Positions 1 through 9,195 are shown, numbered from the stretch's first letter. The stretch: DNA of 64,000 nucleotides from Sphaerochaeta sp. (GCA_041654935.1 JBAZCM010000001.1:42516-106515), one strand, 5' to 3'. The notes: generated from the sequence alone by a model not told the origin. A program made the numbers and translations.

Positions 1-112
1 TCAATCCACTGGAAAAGTTATCAAATATACCAACCTGATCGCCACGATCAAGAAATTCCAATGCAACGTGGGTGCCGATATACCCAGCACCACCGACGAG
101 CAGTACCTTCAT
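1..112 (-). CDS. galE: UDP-glucose 4-epimerase (5' part; runs off window)
   Basis: Manual translation MKVLLVGGAGYIGTHVALEFLDRGDQVGIFDNFSSG; GGAGYIG Rossmann motif; AGGAG RBS upstream. Confidence 0.85.
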   Translation of the reverse strand, partial: MKVLLVGGAGYIGTHVALEFLDRGDQVGIFDNFSSGL

Positions 113-123
113 GTCCTTATCTC

Positions 124-1461
124 CTATTTGAACGAACGGATAACCGCAGAGAGTTCTTCTAGCTTTTGAGCAAGTTCAATATCATCCTTGGCCTCTACAA
201 CGAGTCTCAGATATGGTTCGGTATTGGATTTTCGGACATTGAACCACCAAGTGGGGAATTCGATACGGTAGCCATCGAAATCCATCACTTCTGTTGGACT
301 CTGTTCTTTGGCGTATCTGCGATAAAGCTCCTGCATCGCCTCATCCTTCTCTTCCAGTTTGAAGTTGACCTCTCCACTGTTAGACCAGGTAACCACACTG
401 TCAATGAATTGACCAATGGTGATTCCCTTTTTCTTAAGATCGGCCACCACATGTAGGACGATGAGTGCAGCCCAAAAACCGCTGTCAGTGTTGAAGAAGT
501 CACGGAAGTAATAGTGTCCTGCCAGCTCTCCCCCAAAGATTGCCCCAAGCTCTCGAATTTTGTTCTTTGCAAAGGCGTGACCTACTTTCCAGACATGGAC
601 TTCAGCCCCTTGTTCTGCAAGGTATTCAGTAGTGGATCGGCTGGTACGGATATCAACAAGCACTTTTCCCTTTTCACGGGCAAGGTAGTAGTAGCCAAGG
701 GCCGCAGTAACGTAGTCGGGTTGTAGGAATCTACCCCGCTCGTCCAGAAACATCACGCGGTCAGCATCTCCGTCGAAGATGACGCCGATGTCACTGTTGT
801 TCTTCAGAACTGCTGCTTTCAAATCCAGGGTATTCTCAATTTCCAGAGGGTTGGGCTCATGAGCTGGGAAGGTCCCATCAAAGTGGTCATAGAGGTAATG
901 GTGATTCTCACCAAGAAGATCCTTGGCCAAAAGATTTGCCATACCATGGGATAAGTCGATGGAGAGATTTAGGCCTGATAGATCAACGTCAAAGGCTTTG
1001 AGGAAGGCGAGGTAGGGACTTCTGCCATCCTTCTGGATGATCGATCCGCGCTTCGATGAGATGACGATTTCATCTTCATTGACCATTCGTTCGAGGTCCT
1101 TGAGGCCACTGTCCGACCCAACGGGAACAGCCTTTGCCCGGCTGACTTTCAGGCCGTTGTAGATAGCAGGGTTATGGCTTGCAGTAATTTGTACTGATGC
1201 CGGCACATCAAAGTGGTTGGTACAAAAATAGATCATCGGGGTAGTAGCAAGCCCAACATCCCACACATCGGCTCCACTGTCATTGACACCACGAGCCAAA
1301 GCCTCAAAGATTTCGTCACTGGTGGTACGCACATCGCGTCCTACCAATACCGTATCAGCATCCAGGAGTTTTGGTAGAAAATACCCAATTCGATAGACTG
1401 TATCCCTGTTGAAATCTTTGTTGTAGATTCCCCTGATATCATATGCCTTGAATGCACTCAT
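124..1461 (-). CDS. Phosphomannomutase/phosphoglucomutase
   Basis: FKAYDIRG start, TASHNP phosphoserine loop, FDGDADR metal loop, GELAGH, RKSNTEP. Confidence 0.93.
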   Translation of the reverse strand: MSAFKAYDIRGIYNKDFNRDTVYRIGYFLPKLLDADTVLVGRDVRTTSDEIFEALARGVNDSGADVWDVGLATTPMIYFCTNHFDVPASVQITASHNPAIYNGLKVSRAKAVPVGSDSGLKDLERMVNEDEIVISSKRGSIIQKDGRSPYLAFLKAFDVDLSGLNLSIDLSHGMANLLAKDLLGENHHYLYDHFDGTFPAHEPNPLEIENTLDLKAAVLKNNSDIGVIFDGDADRVMFLDERGRFLQPDYVTAALGYYYLAREKGKVLVDIRTSRSTTEYLAEQGAEVHVWKVGHAFAKNKIRELGAIFGGELAGHYYFRDFFNTDSGFWAALIVLHVVADLKKKGITIGQFIDSVVTWSNSGEVNFKLEEKDEAMQELYRRYAKEQSPTEVMDFDGYRIEFPTWWFNVRKSNTEPYLRLVVEAKDDIELAQKLEELSAVIRSFK

Positions 1462-1464
1462 CGC

Positions 1465-1941
1465 TTACCTCGCATCTATTGTGTTGAGTACCGAAAGGAA
1501 CTCTTTTCTGTTCATAAGTTCAAAAAAATGTATGGTGCCGTCGGTGAGAACAACCATTTCAACCATTTGTCTGAAGATTTTATCGAGAAAATTTGTTTCA
1601 CGAATCCGCTCTCCACTCCATTTGCCTTCAATGACTTTCGTGGCAACGCTTTTGGCAATAGGGCGAGTGAGCACCACATCACTGGAGGTGAATGAGCGTG
1701 CATATTTAATAAATTTTTGCTTGGGGCGTTTGGGTTTTAGTGAAATGCCAAGTATGGATGGGGTACGTTCAAAATCTTCAAAATGAAATTGATCGACAGC
1801 CCAGTAAAAAAAGACACCGAATTCTCGGATTACTCCCTCATTGTTCCCATACCAAGTAGCGTATGTTCGCCAACCGATCGGCCCGCCATGACGACTTTCC
1901 AGTTCAGTAATGAAGGCTTGTGCATCATCTTCCATCAGCAT
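1465..1941 (-). CDS. Hypothetical protein, first gene of the pmm-galE run
   Basis: 158-aa ORF with GAGG RBS; ends 3 nt before the pmm start; no motif recognised. Confidence 0.7.
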   Translation of the reverse strand: MLMEDDAQAFITELESRHGGPIGWRTYATWYGNNEGVIREFGVFFYWAVDQFHFEDFERTPSILGISLKPKRPKQKFIKYARSFTSSDVVLTRPIAKSVATKVIEGKWSGERIRETNFLDKIFRQMVEMVVLTDGTIHFFELMNRKEFLSVLNTIDAR

Positions 1942-2005
1942 AACCTCTGCTCACTAGCTTTTTTCAATCTTACCATATACACTGCGTTGCAGAAAGAGCA
2001 AGCTA

Positions 2006-4180
2006 ATGTTAGCAGATTATGTACTAAAAGATTTTGGAAAAATACTGAAAAAACGGGGACTGGAGATGCGTCGCTTGATGCTCCAGAGCGACACTGATTG
2101 CATGAGAGTTTACGATCGTAACCTCGAAGAGTTGGCAGTTACAGTTGATCTCTATGGCCCATGGGCCAGGGTAACCGATTACAGTGAGGAGGGATTGGAA
2201 GAAGATGAAATAGAAGCCTCGTGTGACGTCGTTGGACGCATGTTGTATGTTGAGGCAGAGAAAGTAATATTTCACAGGCGCGAAAAACGAATTGGGCGTA
2301 CCCAACATGAGGTACAGGACCAAGAGTCGCTTTTAGTGGATGTAAAAGAGAATGGATTGCACTTCACCGTTGATTTGACCAAACGGATTGATACCGGACT
2401 GTTCCTCGACCATATGCCCACACGGCTGTTGGTAGAGCAGATGAGTCCGCGCTTGAAAGTTCTCAACCTCTTCTCTTATACGGGATCATTCTCCGTGTAT
2501 GCAGCGAGAGGTGGAGCAAGCTTGGTGGAGTCAGTGGACCTATCGTCCACGTATAGTGAGTGGGCCCAGCAGAACCTAGCAAAAAATGGGTTTGACGGAG
2601 TGCCGTTTCCGTGCATCAGTGGAGATGCACGAGAGTTTATTATGCAAGCGATGGAAGCGGGGAAGGTTTATGATTTAGTTATTTTTGATCCCCCCAGTTT
2701 TTCAAATAGCAGGAAAATGGAGCATGACTTTGATGTTCAACGTGATCATCTCTACTTTATGGAGATGATTCACACAATCCTCTCAAAGAACGGAATCCTG
2801 CTCTTTTCAACAAATTTACAACGCTTCAGAATGGATGTAGCAGTAGAAAAAGGCTACACGGTAAAAGAGATTACCAAGGAGGTCCTTGCCCCTGGATTTA
2901 GTAAGAGACGGGCATCGACACGGACCTGGGTATTGGAAAAGCGGGATGCATTTAATTATTACCCCGCACAAAGAAAGACCGGTAAGAGCCGGCAAAGTGA
3001 AGAATACACAATGAGTAAAAACAAAGAGACTAAAGATGAAGTCTTGTTGGTCGAAGAAGACCAGGCTATTCAAGAAGAAGCCACTGTAGTGGCAGATGAT
3101 ATTGTGATAGTGGAAGAGGAGCAGGTTCTTGAAGAAGAATCGGCAGAAATGGAAGACGATGATTCAGCAGAAGATGATGACGAGCAATTTCCTGAAGAAG
3201 AGGCAAACGAGATCGAAGATGACCTGTTGACCCTCAACTGGGAAGATGAGTCGATCGAAATCGCCACCCAGGAGATCCCTGAGCGACGTGAGCGCCCAAG
3301 TAGAGCGTATCGAGAAGATGAGAGACGTGATCGTGATCGCGACCGAACTCCCCGTTCTCGTGATGGACGCCGCTCCTCTCATCGAGATCGTGATGACCGT
3401 CGTCCCTCCTACCGCGACCGTGATGACCGTCGCCCCTCCTACGGAGATCGCGATGATCGTAGACCTTCTTTCCGTGATCGTGATGACCGCCGTCCTTCCT
3501 ACCGCGACCGTGATGACCGCAGGCCTTGGGAAGATCGTGGAGATCGCAGACCTTCATACCGCGATCGTGATGACCGTCGTCCCTCATACGGAGACCGCGA
3601 TGATCGCAGACCTTCGTTCCGTGACCGCGATGACCGTCGTCCCTCATACCGAGATCGTGACGATCGTAAACCCTGGGAAGACCGCTCAGATCGCCGTCCT
3701 TCGTATGGGGACCGTGATGATCGCAGACCTTCGTTCCGTGATCGTGATGATCGACGCCCTTCCTACCGCGACCGCGATGATCGCAAGCCGTGGGAAGATC
3801 GTGGGGAGCGCCGCCCCTCTTATGGGGACCGTGATGATCGCAGACCTGCTTTCCGTGATCGTGATGATCGCCGCCCCTCCTACCGCGACCGCGATGATCG
3901 CAGGCCATGGGAAGATCGGGGGGACCGCCGTCCTTCTTTCCGTGACCGTGATGACCGCCGCCCCTCCTATCGCGACCGTGACGATCGCAAGCCTTGGGAA
4001 GGTCGTGATGACCGCAGAGGGGGAGGCCGCCGTGACGAACGACCGGAGTTTGGAGAGGAGCGTCCTCGCCGTGATCGAGAGTTCTCACCCAAGCCCTATG
4101 GCTATGATCGTCGTAGCAGTAAGCCACGACGTGAACGGGAGGAGAGAAGAGACCCTTTCTTGCCCCGTGAGGACGAGTAA
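2006..4180 (+). CDS. RlmK/RlmI-like class I SAM-dependent rRNA methyltransferase with long acidic and Arg/Asp repeat C-terminal tail
   Basis: DTGLFLDH, VLNLFSYTGSFSVYAARGGA, FDPPSFSNSRKM..FDVQRDH motifs typical of the RlmK half of RlmKL; tail is low complexity. Confidence 0.85.
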   Translation: MLADYVLKDFGKILKKRGLEMRRLMLQSDTDCMRVYDRNLEELAVTVDLYGPWARVTDYSEEGLEEDEIEASCDVVGRMLYVEAEKVIFHRREKRIGRTQHEVQDQESLLVDVKENGLHFTVDLTKRIDTGLFLDHMPTRLLVEQMSPRLKVLNLFSYTGSFSVYAARGGASLVESVDLSSTYSEWAQQNLAKNGFDGVPFPCISGDAREFIMQAMEAGKVYDLVIFDPPSFSNSRKMEHDFDVQRDHLYFMEMIHTILSKNGILLFSTNLQRFRMDVAVEKGYTVKEITKEVLAPGFSKRRASTRTWVLEKRDAFNYYPAQRKTGKSRQSEEYTMSKNKETKDEVLLVEEDQAIQEEATVVADDIVIVEEEQVLEEESAEMEDDDSAEDDDEQFPEEEANEIEDDLLTLNWEDESIEIATQEIPERRERPSRAYREDERRDRDRDRTPRSRDGRRSSHRDRDDRRPSYRDRDDRRPSYGDRDDRRPSFRDRDDRRPSYRDRDDRRPWEDRGDRRPSYRDRDDRRPSYGDRDDRRPSFRDRDDRRPSYRDRDDRKPWEDRSDRRPSYGDRDDRRPSFRDRDDRRPSYRDRDDRKPWEDRGERRPSYGDRDDRRPAFRDRDDRRPSYRDRDDRRPWEDRGDRRPSFRDRDDRRPSYRDRDDRKPWEGRDDRRGGGRRDERPEFGEERPRRDREFSPKPYGYDRRSSKPRREREERRDPFLPREDE
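3383..3997 (+). repeat. Coding tandem repeat: 21 units of 30/27 bp encoding (R/G/E)DRDDRRPS(Y/F) or RDRDDR(R/K)PW
   Basis: 16 ten-residue plus 5 nine-residue units = 615 nt, in frame with the 2006..4180 ORF; synonymous variation between units. Confidence 0.95.
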
Positions 4181-4201
4181 GGCAGTACAATCAAACGGCA
4201 C

Positions 4202-5131
4202 TCATGCGAGTGCCGTTTGCTCTTCTTGGGGGAAACTTTTTTCTTTTACGATATGGTAGATTCGCCTGATTTCACTTGCTACCTCCGGATGGCGGTAGTT
4301 GTTGCGGTAGACGATATTCAGTTCACGGACCATGCGTACCGATCCCTCTAGGGGGACGGTAACTAGCTTGCCGGCCAGCTGGTCTACTAGACAGGCATTG
4401 TGACTCATGATGGTCACCCCCTGGTTGTCGTGAACCAAGTCCTTGATGATCGGAACGTTGTTGATTTCAATGACAACGTTGTAGTTGGTAATGGTCTCTC
4501 CGTTTTGAGTAAGAAAGTATTCAAACTGTTGGCGTGTAGCTGTGATATTAGGCCTGAGGATCAAGCGCTCTTGTTTCAGCTCCTCAAGCGTTACCAGTGA
4601 ACTCTTTGCCAATGGGTTTTTTGGGGAGACCACGAGGTTGAGGTAGTCGGTATCAATCTTGACGGTGGTAAACTCATCATCAGCAATGTGGCCTCCGACG
4701 ATCGCCATATCAATCTCATAGCTTTGCAGAGAGGTTCTCAATGATTCCAGGGTTCCTGTCTCAATGCGCACTTTGGTCTTGCCATGGAGATTACAGTACT
4801 CGGCAATTACCTGTGGCAGCAGGTTCTCCTCAGCAGTGGCAGTCAATCCAATATTCAATCTGCGGATGTTGTGGCGCGAATCTTGTAGCGCATGAGAAGC
4901 CGCCTCCTCAATGGCAACGGCTCGTTGGGCATATTTGTAGAGAATTTCACCTTCAGCAGTAAGTTTGAGGTTTCGGCCGGAGCGCAGAAAGATCTTTATC
5001 CCATATTCTTTTTCCAACAGTCTGATCTGATGGCTCACCGCGGGTTGAGTGATATAGAGCAGTTCAGCCGTTTTAGTAAATGACTCCGTCTCTACGAGTG
5101 ACATGAAGGTTTTGATCTTTACATCTAGCAT
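4202..5131 (-). CDS. LysR family transcriptional regulator
   Basis: SFTKTAELLYITQPAVSHQIRLLEKEYG HTH; divergent from the antiporter genes. Confidence 0.93.
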   Translation of the reverse strand: MLDVKIKTFMSLVETESFTKTAELLYITQPAVSHQIRLLEKEYGIKIFLRSGRNLKLTAEGEILYKYAQRAVAIEEAASHALQDSRHNIRRLNIGLTATAEENLLPQVIAEYCNLHGKTKVRIETGTLESLRTSLQSYEIDMAIVGGHIADDEFTTVKIDTDYLNLVVSPKNPLAKSSLVTLEELKQERLILRPNITATRQQFEYFLTQNGETITNYNVVIEINNVPIIKDLVHDNQGVTIMSHNACLVDQLAGKLVTVPLEGSVRMVRELNIVYRNNYRHPEVASEIRRIYHIVKEKSFPQEEQTALA

Positions 5132-5157
5132 TATTCTTCCTCTCCTAGCTTGGAGCG

Positions 5158-5222
5158 ATGAAAAATATTCATACCTCTATTAAATTAATTGATTGGCTAA
5201 TTAAATACACATTGTGTATTAT
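5158..5222 (+). promoter_or_regulatory. LysR T-N11-A box (ATGAAAAATATTCAT) and -10-like element of antiporter copy 1
   Basis: Dyad ATGAA-N5-TTCAT at 5158-5172; TTGTGTATTAT starts 54 bp after the box start; same layout before copy 2. Confidence 0.65.
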
Positions 5223-5288
5223 CTTAGATACCAAACGTCCCTGCAGTATATCTCAATCGCCCGCAACAATCCATAAGGAGGAGTGCTG

Positions 5289-6500
5289 ATGGAGCTTCTT
5301 AGCCATTTCATATCAATTCATGGTAATACTAAATCGATTCTTCTCCTTGCATTGATTCTGAGTGCTGGCTTTCTTATGACGCGAGTGACGAAACTAGCTA
5401 AGATGCCTCATGTGACTGGCTATCTTTTTGCAGGAATAGCAATTGGCCCTAGTGTTCTGGGATGGGTTGATCTAACAACATTACAAAGTTTGGAATTTAT
5501 GACCGATATTGCTCTGGCGATCATTGCCTTTTCGGTCGGAAAATTCCTCCGACTTAGTGAATTAAAGTCCAATGGAATCAAATCGGTTGGATTGACGCTC
5601 TTTGAATCCCTTAGTGCCTTGATAGCGGTGACGCTACTCATGCGATTGATCTTTGGTCTCTCTTGGCCTTTCTGTCTTCTTCTTGGAGTCATTGGTTCGA
5701 CTTCCTCATCAGCGAGCACTTTGATGACGATACGCCAATACCATGCAAAGGGCCCCTTCGTTGATATGATCTTGCAGGTCACGGCGTTGAATAATGCCTT
5801 TGCATTGATCGCATTCAATGTGGTCGCAGCATTCCTTTCGGCTATCGACACAGGGCATCTGAGCCTTTTTCAACTGATTGTGCCATTAATACAAAACTTC
5901 ATCTCCATTGCCTTGGGATTTGGCCTGGCATTTCTCCTTAAGTACCTGATTGCAAAGCGTAACAGCGATGACCATCGCCTGGTGGTGTTGATGATCTCGA
6001 TTGTCGGTCTGGCAGGAGCCTGTTCAGCCCTCAGCGTCTCTCCGCTACTCGCTTGCATGGTGCTCGGTGGAACCTACCGCAATATCAGTGATGATGAGCA
6101 GCTTTTCCGTCTCTTGAACTTCTTTGCCCCACCGGTTCTTTTGATCTTCTTTGTGGTCAGCGGTATGAAACTGAACCTTCAGATGGTTAGGGCTACCGGT
6201 ATCATGGGAGTTGCATACTTCTTCATCAGGATTGCAGGCAAGTACCTGGGCGTCTTCGCCGGTTCAACAGTAATGAAGCTTGATTCACAGATTCGTAACT
6301 ATCTGGGAATGGCGTTGACTCCACAGGCTGGAGTTTCCATCGGATTGGCTGCCCTTGGCCAACGCTTGCTTCCTCCTGATATGGCTCTATTGCTTAATAC
6401 CATCATCCTATCCAGTGCAGTACTCTATGAGATGACTGGCCCTGCATTAGCCAAGGCCTCACTCTTTATGAGTGGCGCCATCACCAAGGATGATAACTGA
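5289..6500 (+). CDS. Cation:proton antiporter (CPA2-like), copy 1, with NN in place of DD
   Basis: Multi-pass membrane protein; VTGYLFAGIAIGPS, RIAGK, PQAGV motifs; TALNNA at 5781-5798; AAGGAGG RBS. Confidence 0.85.
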   Translation: MELLSHFISIHGNTKSILLLALILSAGFLMTRVTKLAKMPHVTGYLFAGIAIGPSVLGWVDLTTLQSLEFMTDIALAIIAFSVGKFLRLSELKSNGIKSVGLTLFESLSALIAVTLLMRLIFGLSWPFCLLLGVIGSTSSSASTLMTIRQYHAKGPFVDMILQVTALNNAFALIAFNVVAAFLSAIDTGHLSLFQLIVPLIQNFISIALGFGLAFLLKYLIAKRNSDDHRLVVLMISIVGLAGACSALSVSPLLACMVLGGTYRNISDDEQLFRLLNFFAPPVLLIFFVVSGMKLNLQMVRATGIMGVAYFFIRIAGKYLGVFAGSTVMKLDSQIRNYLGMALTPQAGVSIGLAALGQRLLPPDMALLLNTIILSSAVLYEMTGPALAKASLFMSGAITKDDN

Positions 6501-6540
6501 GTCTATACGACAGTGTATTACAAGAATAACAACGTAGCGT

Positions 6541-6584
6541 AAAACCGACCGCAGTGGACCGAAGCACAGGCGGTTGGTTTTTTA
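6541..6584 (+). terminator. Intrinsic terminator after antiporter copy 1
   Basis: AAAACCGACCGC...GCGGTTGGTTTT stem followed by T run. Confidence 0.75.
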
Positions 6585-6730
6585 TGATTACTATTTTGAC
6601 ATTTCTTGCATTTCTGAAAATAATTGGCCAGTCATTCTCGATGTTAAATTATTATTGTAGTAAAGTAATATCAATCAGAGTTTGAAGATAGTGAACCCAA
6701 TTCCTGAAAAAATCCGAACAAATGCGATGA

Positions 6731-6795
6731 ATCAAAAATATTTATAGAGATATAAATATATGTAATTTGATTTAATGAAACAATTTGTGTAGTAT
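6731..6795 (+). promoter_or_regulatory. Duplicated LysR box (ATCAAAAATATTTAT) and -10-like element of antiporter copy 2
   Basis: 13/15 identical to the 5158 box; TTGTGTAGTAT again 54 bp after box start; TTGATT-N17-TAGTAT. Confidence 0.65.
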
Positions 6796-6858
6796 TCCCC
6801 TACAAGAAGAACAGCTAATCACGGTTGCCATTCTTGTAGTCAATAGGGAGGACGGCCA

Positions 6859-8094
6859 ATGGACTTTATTAGTCAACACATCTCAGTTCATGACAGTGCA
6901 TCAACAATCTTACTGCTTGCTTTGATATTAGGGACTGGGTTTATCATGACGAGAGTAACAAAATTGGCAAAAATGCCCCACGTAACGGGCTACCTTTTGG
7001 CAGGGATCCTCATTGGCCCAAGCGTCTTAAAATGGGTTGATATCTCAACGGTACGCTCTCTTGATTTCGTCACTGACATTGCACTGGCAATCATCGCCTT
7101 TTCCGTGGGAAAATTTTTCAAACTCAGCGAGCTGAAGTCTAATGGTGTAAAAGCAGTTATCCTGACTCTCTTTGAAGCCTCTGGCGCACTTATCATCGTT
7201 ACCTTGACGATGCATTATCTCTTCCATTTGCCCTGGCCTTTCTGCTTGCTGCTTGGGGTCATTGGATCGGCAACCGCCCCAGCAAGTACGATGATGACTA
7301 TCCGTCAGTACAACGCCAAAGGACCTTTTGTGGATACCATCCTACAGGTCACAGCACTTGACGATGCGTTTGCCTTGATTGCGTTCAACGTGTGTGCAGC
7401 GCTCCTACAAGCCCTTGAGACAGGACACATGAGCTTCTCCGTACTCTTTGTTCCGATTTTTAAAAATTTGCTCTCCATTGGCTTAGGATTTGGAACTGCG
7501 TTCCTCCTCAAGTATCTGATCGCCAAGCGTAACAGTGACGATCACCGCTTGGTCGTCCTCATGATCGCTATCCTTGGCCTATCGGGTTTCTGTGCGGTGC
7601 TCAGCGTCTCTCCACTGCTCGCCTGCATGGTTTTGGGAGCTACGTACCGTAATATCAGCGATGATGAGCAGCTCTTCCGTCTCTTGAACTTCTTCGCCCC
7701 TCCGGTGCTCTTGACCTTCTTTGTGGTCAGTGGAATGAAGCTTGACCTGACGATGCTGAAGGTTGCCGGGGTCATGGGAGTCTTTTACTTTGCCATTCGA
7801 ATCGTTGGCAAGTACATTGGCTCCTTCACAGGTGCAACCATTTTGAAGATGGATAAAGAGATCCGATACTACCTTGGCATGGCTCTCACTCCTCAAGCTG
7901 GTGTTTCCATTGGACTTGCCGCGCTTGGTCAGCGCCTCCTTCCTCCAGACATGGCAGCACTACTCAATACCATAATCCTCTCTAGTGCTGTGCTCTACGA
8001 AATGACTGGCCCTGCACTAGCCAAGGCTTCCCTATTTCTCAGTGGAGCAATTATCAGGAAGGAGCGGCCACCAAAGGTAAAAAGTACCCCTTGA
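6859..8094 (+). CDS. Cation:proton antiporter (CPA2-like), copy 2, canonical DD motif
   Basis: Paralogue of 5289..6500; SATAPAST and TALDDA motifs; GGGAGG RBS. Confidence 0.9.
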   Translation: MDFISQHISVHDSASTILLLALILGTGFIMTRVTKLAKMPHVTGYLLAGILIGPSVLKWVDISTVRSLDFVTDIALAIIAFSVGKFFKLSELKSNGVKAVILTLFEASGALIIVTLTMHYLFHLPWPFCLLLGVIGSATAPASTMMTIRQYNAKGPFVDTILQVTALDDAFALIAFNVCAALLQALETGHMSFSVLFVPIFKNLLSIGLGFGTAFLLKYLIAKRNSDDHRLVVLMIAILGLSGFCAVLSVSPLLACMVLGATYRNISDDEQLFRLLNFFAPPVLLTFFVVSGMKLDLTMLKVAGVMGVFYFAIRIVGKYIGSFTGATILKMDKEIRYYLGMALTPQAGVSIGLAALGQRLLPPDMAALLNTIILSSAVLYEMTGPALAKASLFLSGAIIRKERPPKVKSTP

Positions 8095-8127
8095 GGGACT
8101 CCATTTGCACTTTTTAGCGAAATTACA

Positions 8128-8178
8128 TTGACACTCAAAAGTCAGTGGTCTATCATACTAATGATATTTTGTATCATT
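8128..8178 (+). promoter_or_regulatory. Sigma70 promoter plus Fur/PerR-type operator
   Basis: TTGACA(8128)-N17-TATCAT(8151); perfect dyad AATGATA-N5-TATCATT at 8160-8178. Confidence 0.7.
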
Positions 8179-8189
8179 TAGGAAAACCA

Positions 8190-8594
8190 ATGCGAGAGAA
8201 ACGACAGACAATTCAGAAAGGGTTGGTGTGGGATGCTGTGAGCAGTGCCACAAACCACCCGAGCGCCGAGCAAATTTACGAAAGTATCGTCGTCACCCAT
8301 CCCTCGATCAGTAGAGCGACGGTTTATCGGAACCTCAACACCCTGGTCGATGAGGGGCGACTGCGCCGTATCAAAGTGCTCGGTGGTCCAGACCACTTCG
8401 ATCACTGTTTGGGCAAACATTACCATATCCAGTGCACTGAGTGTCGACAGGTCGGTGATATCGAGCTCTACGGTGAGGTTGATATCAGTGAGGATACCAT
8501 CGACGCCCACGGATATGCACTCTCTTCCTATGAAATAGTGTTCAACGGGATTTGTCCCGATTGCCAAAATAAGCGCGCTGCGAAAGGGCAGTGA
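8190..8594 (+). CDS. Fur family regulator, PerR-like
   Basis: [32 protein letters not shown]; upstream of rubrerythrin; start moved to ATG 8190. Confidence 0.9.
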   Translation: MREKRQTIQKGLVWDAVSSATNHPSAEQIYESIVVTHPSISRATVYRNLNTLVDEGRLRRIKVLGGPDHFDHCLGKHYHIQCTECRQVGDIELYGEVDISEDTIDAHGYALSSYEIVFNGICPDCQNKRAAKGQ

Positions 8595-8605
8595 AGGAGC
8601 AAGGA

Positions 8606-9148
8606 ATGGAATTGAAAGGAACGAAGACGGAAGCGAACTTGTTGGAAGCGTTTGCCGGTGAATCGATGGCTCGGAACAAGTACACCTACTATGCCTCAAA
8701 GGCTCGCAAGGAAGGGTATGTACAAATCGCCAAACTGTTTGAAGAGACAGCCTTCAACGAGCAGGAGCACGCCAAGATTTGGTTCAAGCTTTTGCAGGAA
8801 GGTGGTGTGGTGGCAGAGACTGCAACCAACCTCAAAGATGCGGCAGCTGGTGAACATTATGAATGGACCGAGATGTATGTAAACTTCGCCAAAGACGCTC
8901 GTGAAGAAGGCTTCAACAAGATCGCAACCCTGTTCGAAATGGTTGCAGCAGTTGAGAAGCACCACGAGCAGCGCTACCTCGACCTTCTGAAGAACGTTGA
9001 GGAGGGCTTGGTATTCAGCCGTGATGGAGACCAGGTTTGGGTTTGCTCCAACTGTGGCCACGTGGCAGTTGGCAAGAAGGCTCCAGGCCTCTGCCCCGTC
9101 TGTGCACATCCACAGGCATACTTTGAGATCGAGGCAAAGAACTATTAA
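8606..9148 (+). CDS. rbr: Rubrerythrin
   Basis: [23 protein letters not shown] di-iron ligands; CSNCG..CPVC rubredoxin domain. Confidence 0.95.
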   Translation: MELKGTKTEANLLEAFAGESMARNKYTYYASKARKEGYVQIAKLFEETAFNEQEHAKIWFKLLQEGGVVAETATNLKDAAAGEHYEWTEMYVNFAKDAREEGFNKIATLFEMVAAVEKHHEQRYLDLLKNVEEGLVFSRDGDQVWVCSNCGHVAVGKKAPGLCPVCAHPQAYFEIEAKNY

Positions 9149-9172
9149 TTCTTTTCAAAAATGAGAAGATGC

Positions 9173-9195
9173 GGCAGACCTTCATCGGGTCTGCC
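9173..9195. terminator. Hairpin between convergent rbr and amidohydrolase genes
   Basis: GGCAGACC-N7-GGTCTGCC. Confidence 0.65.

Noticed and set aside
3383-3997. 30-bp periodic repeats as a CRISPR array
   Set aside because: No unique spacers, unit lengths are multiples of 3, variation is synonymous within an ORF, and no cas genes are present.
3234-4259. Long alternative-frame ORFs 3234..4190 (-) and 3246..4259 (+)
   Set aside because: Shadows of the stop-poor coding repeat; substitutions are synonymous in the methyltransferase frame.
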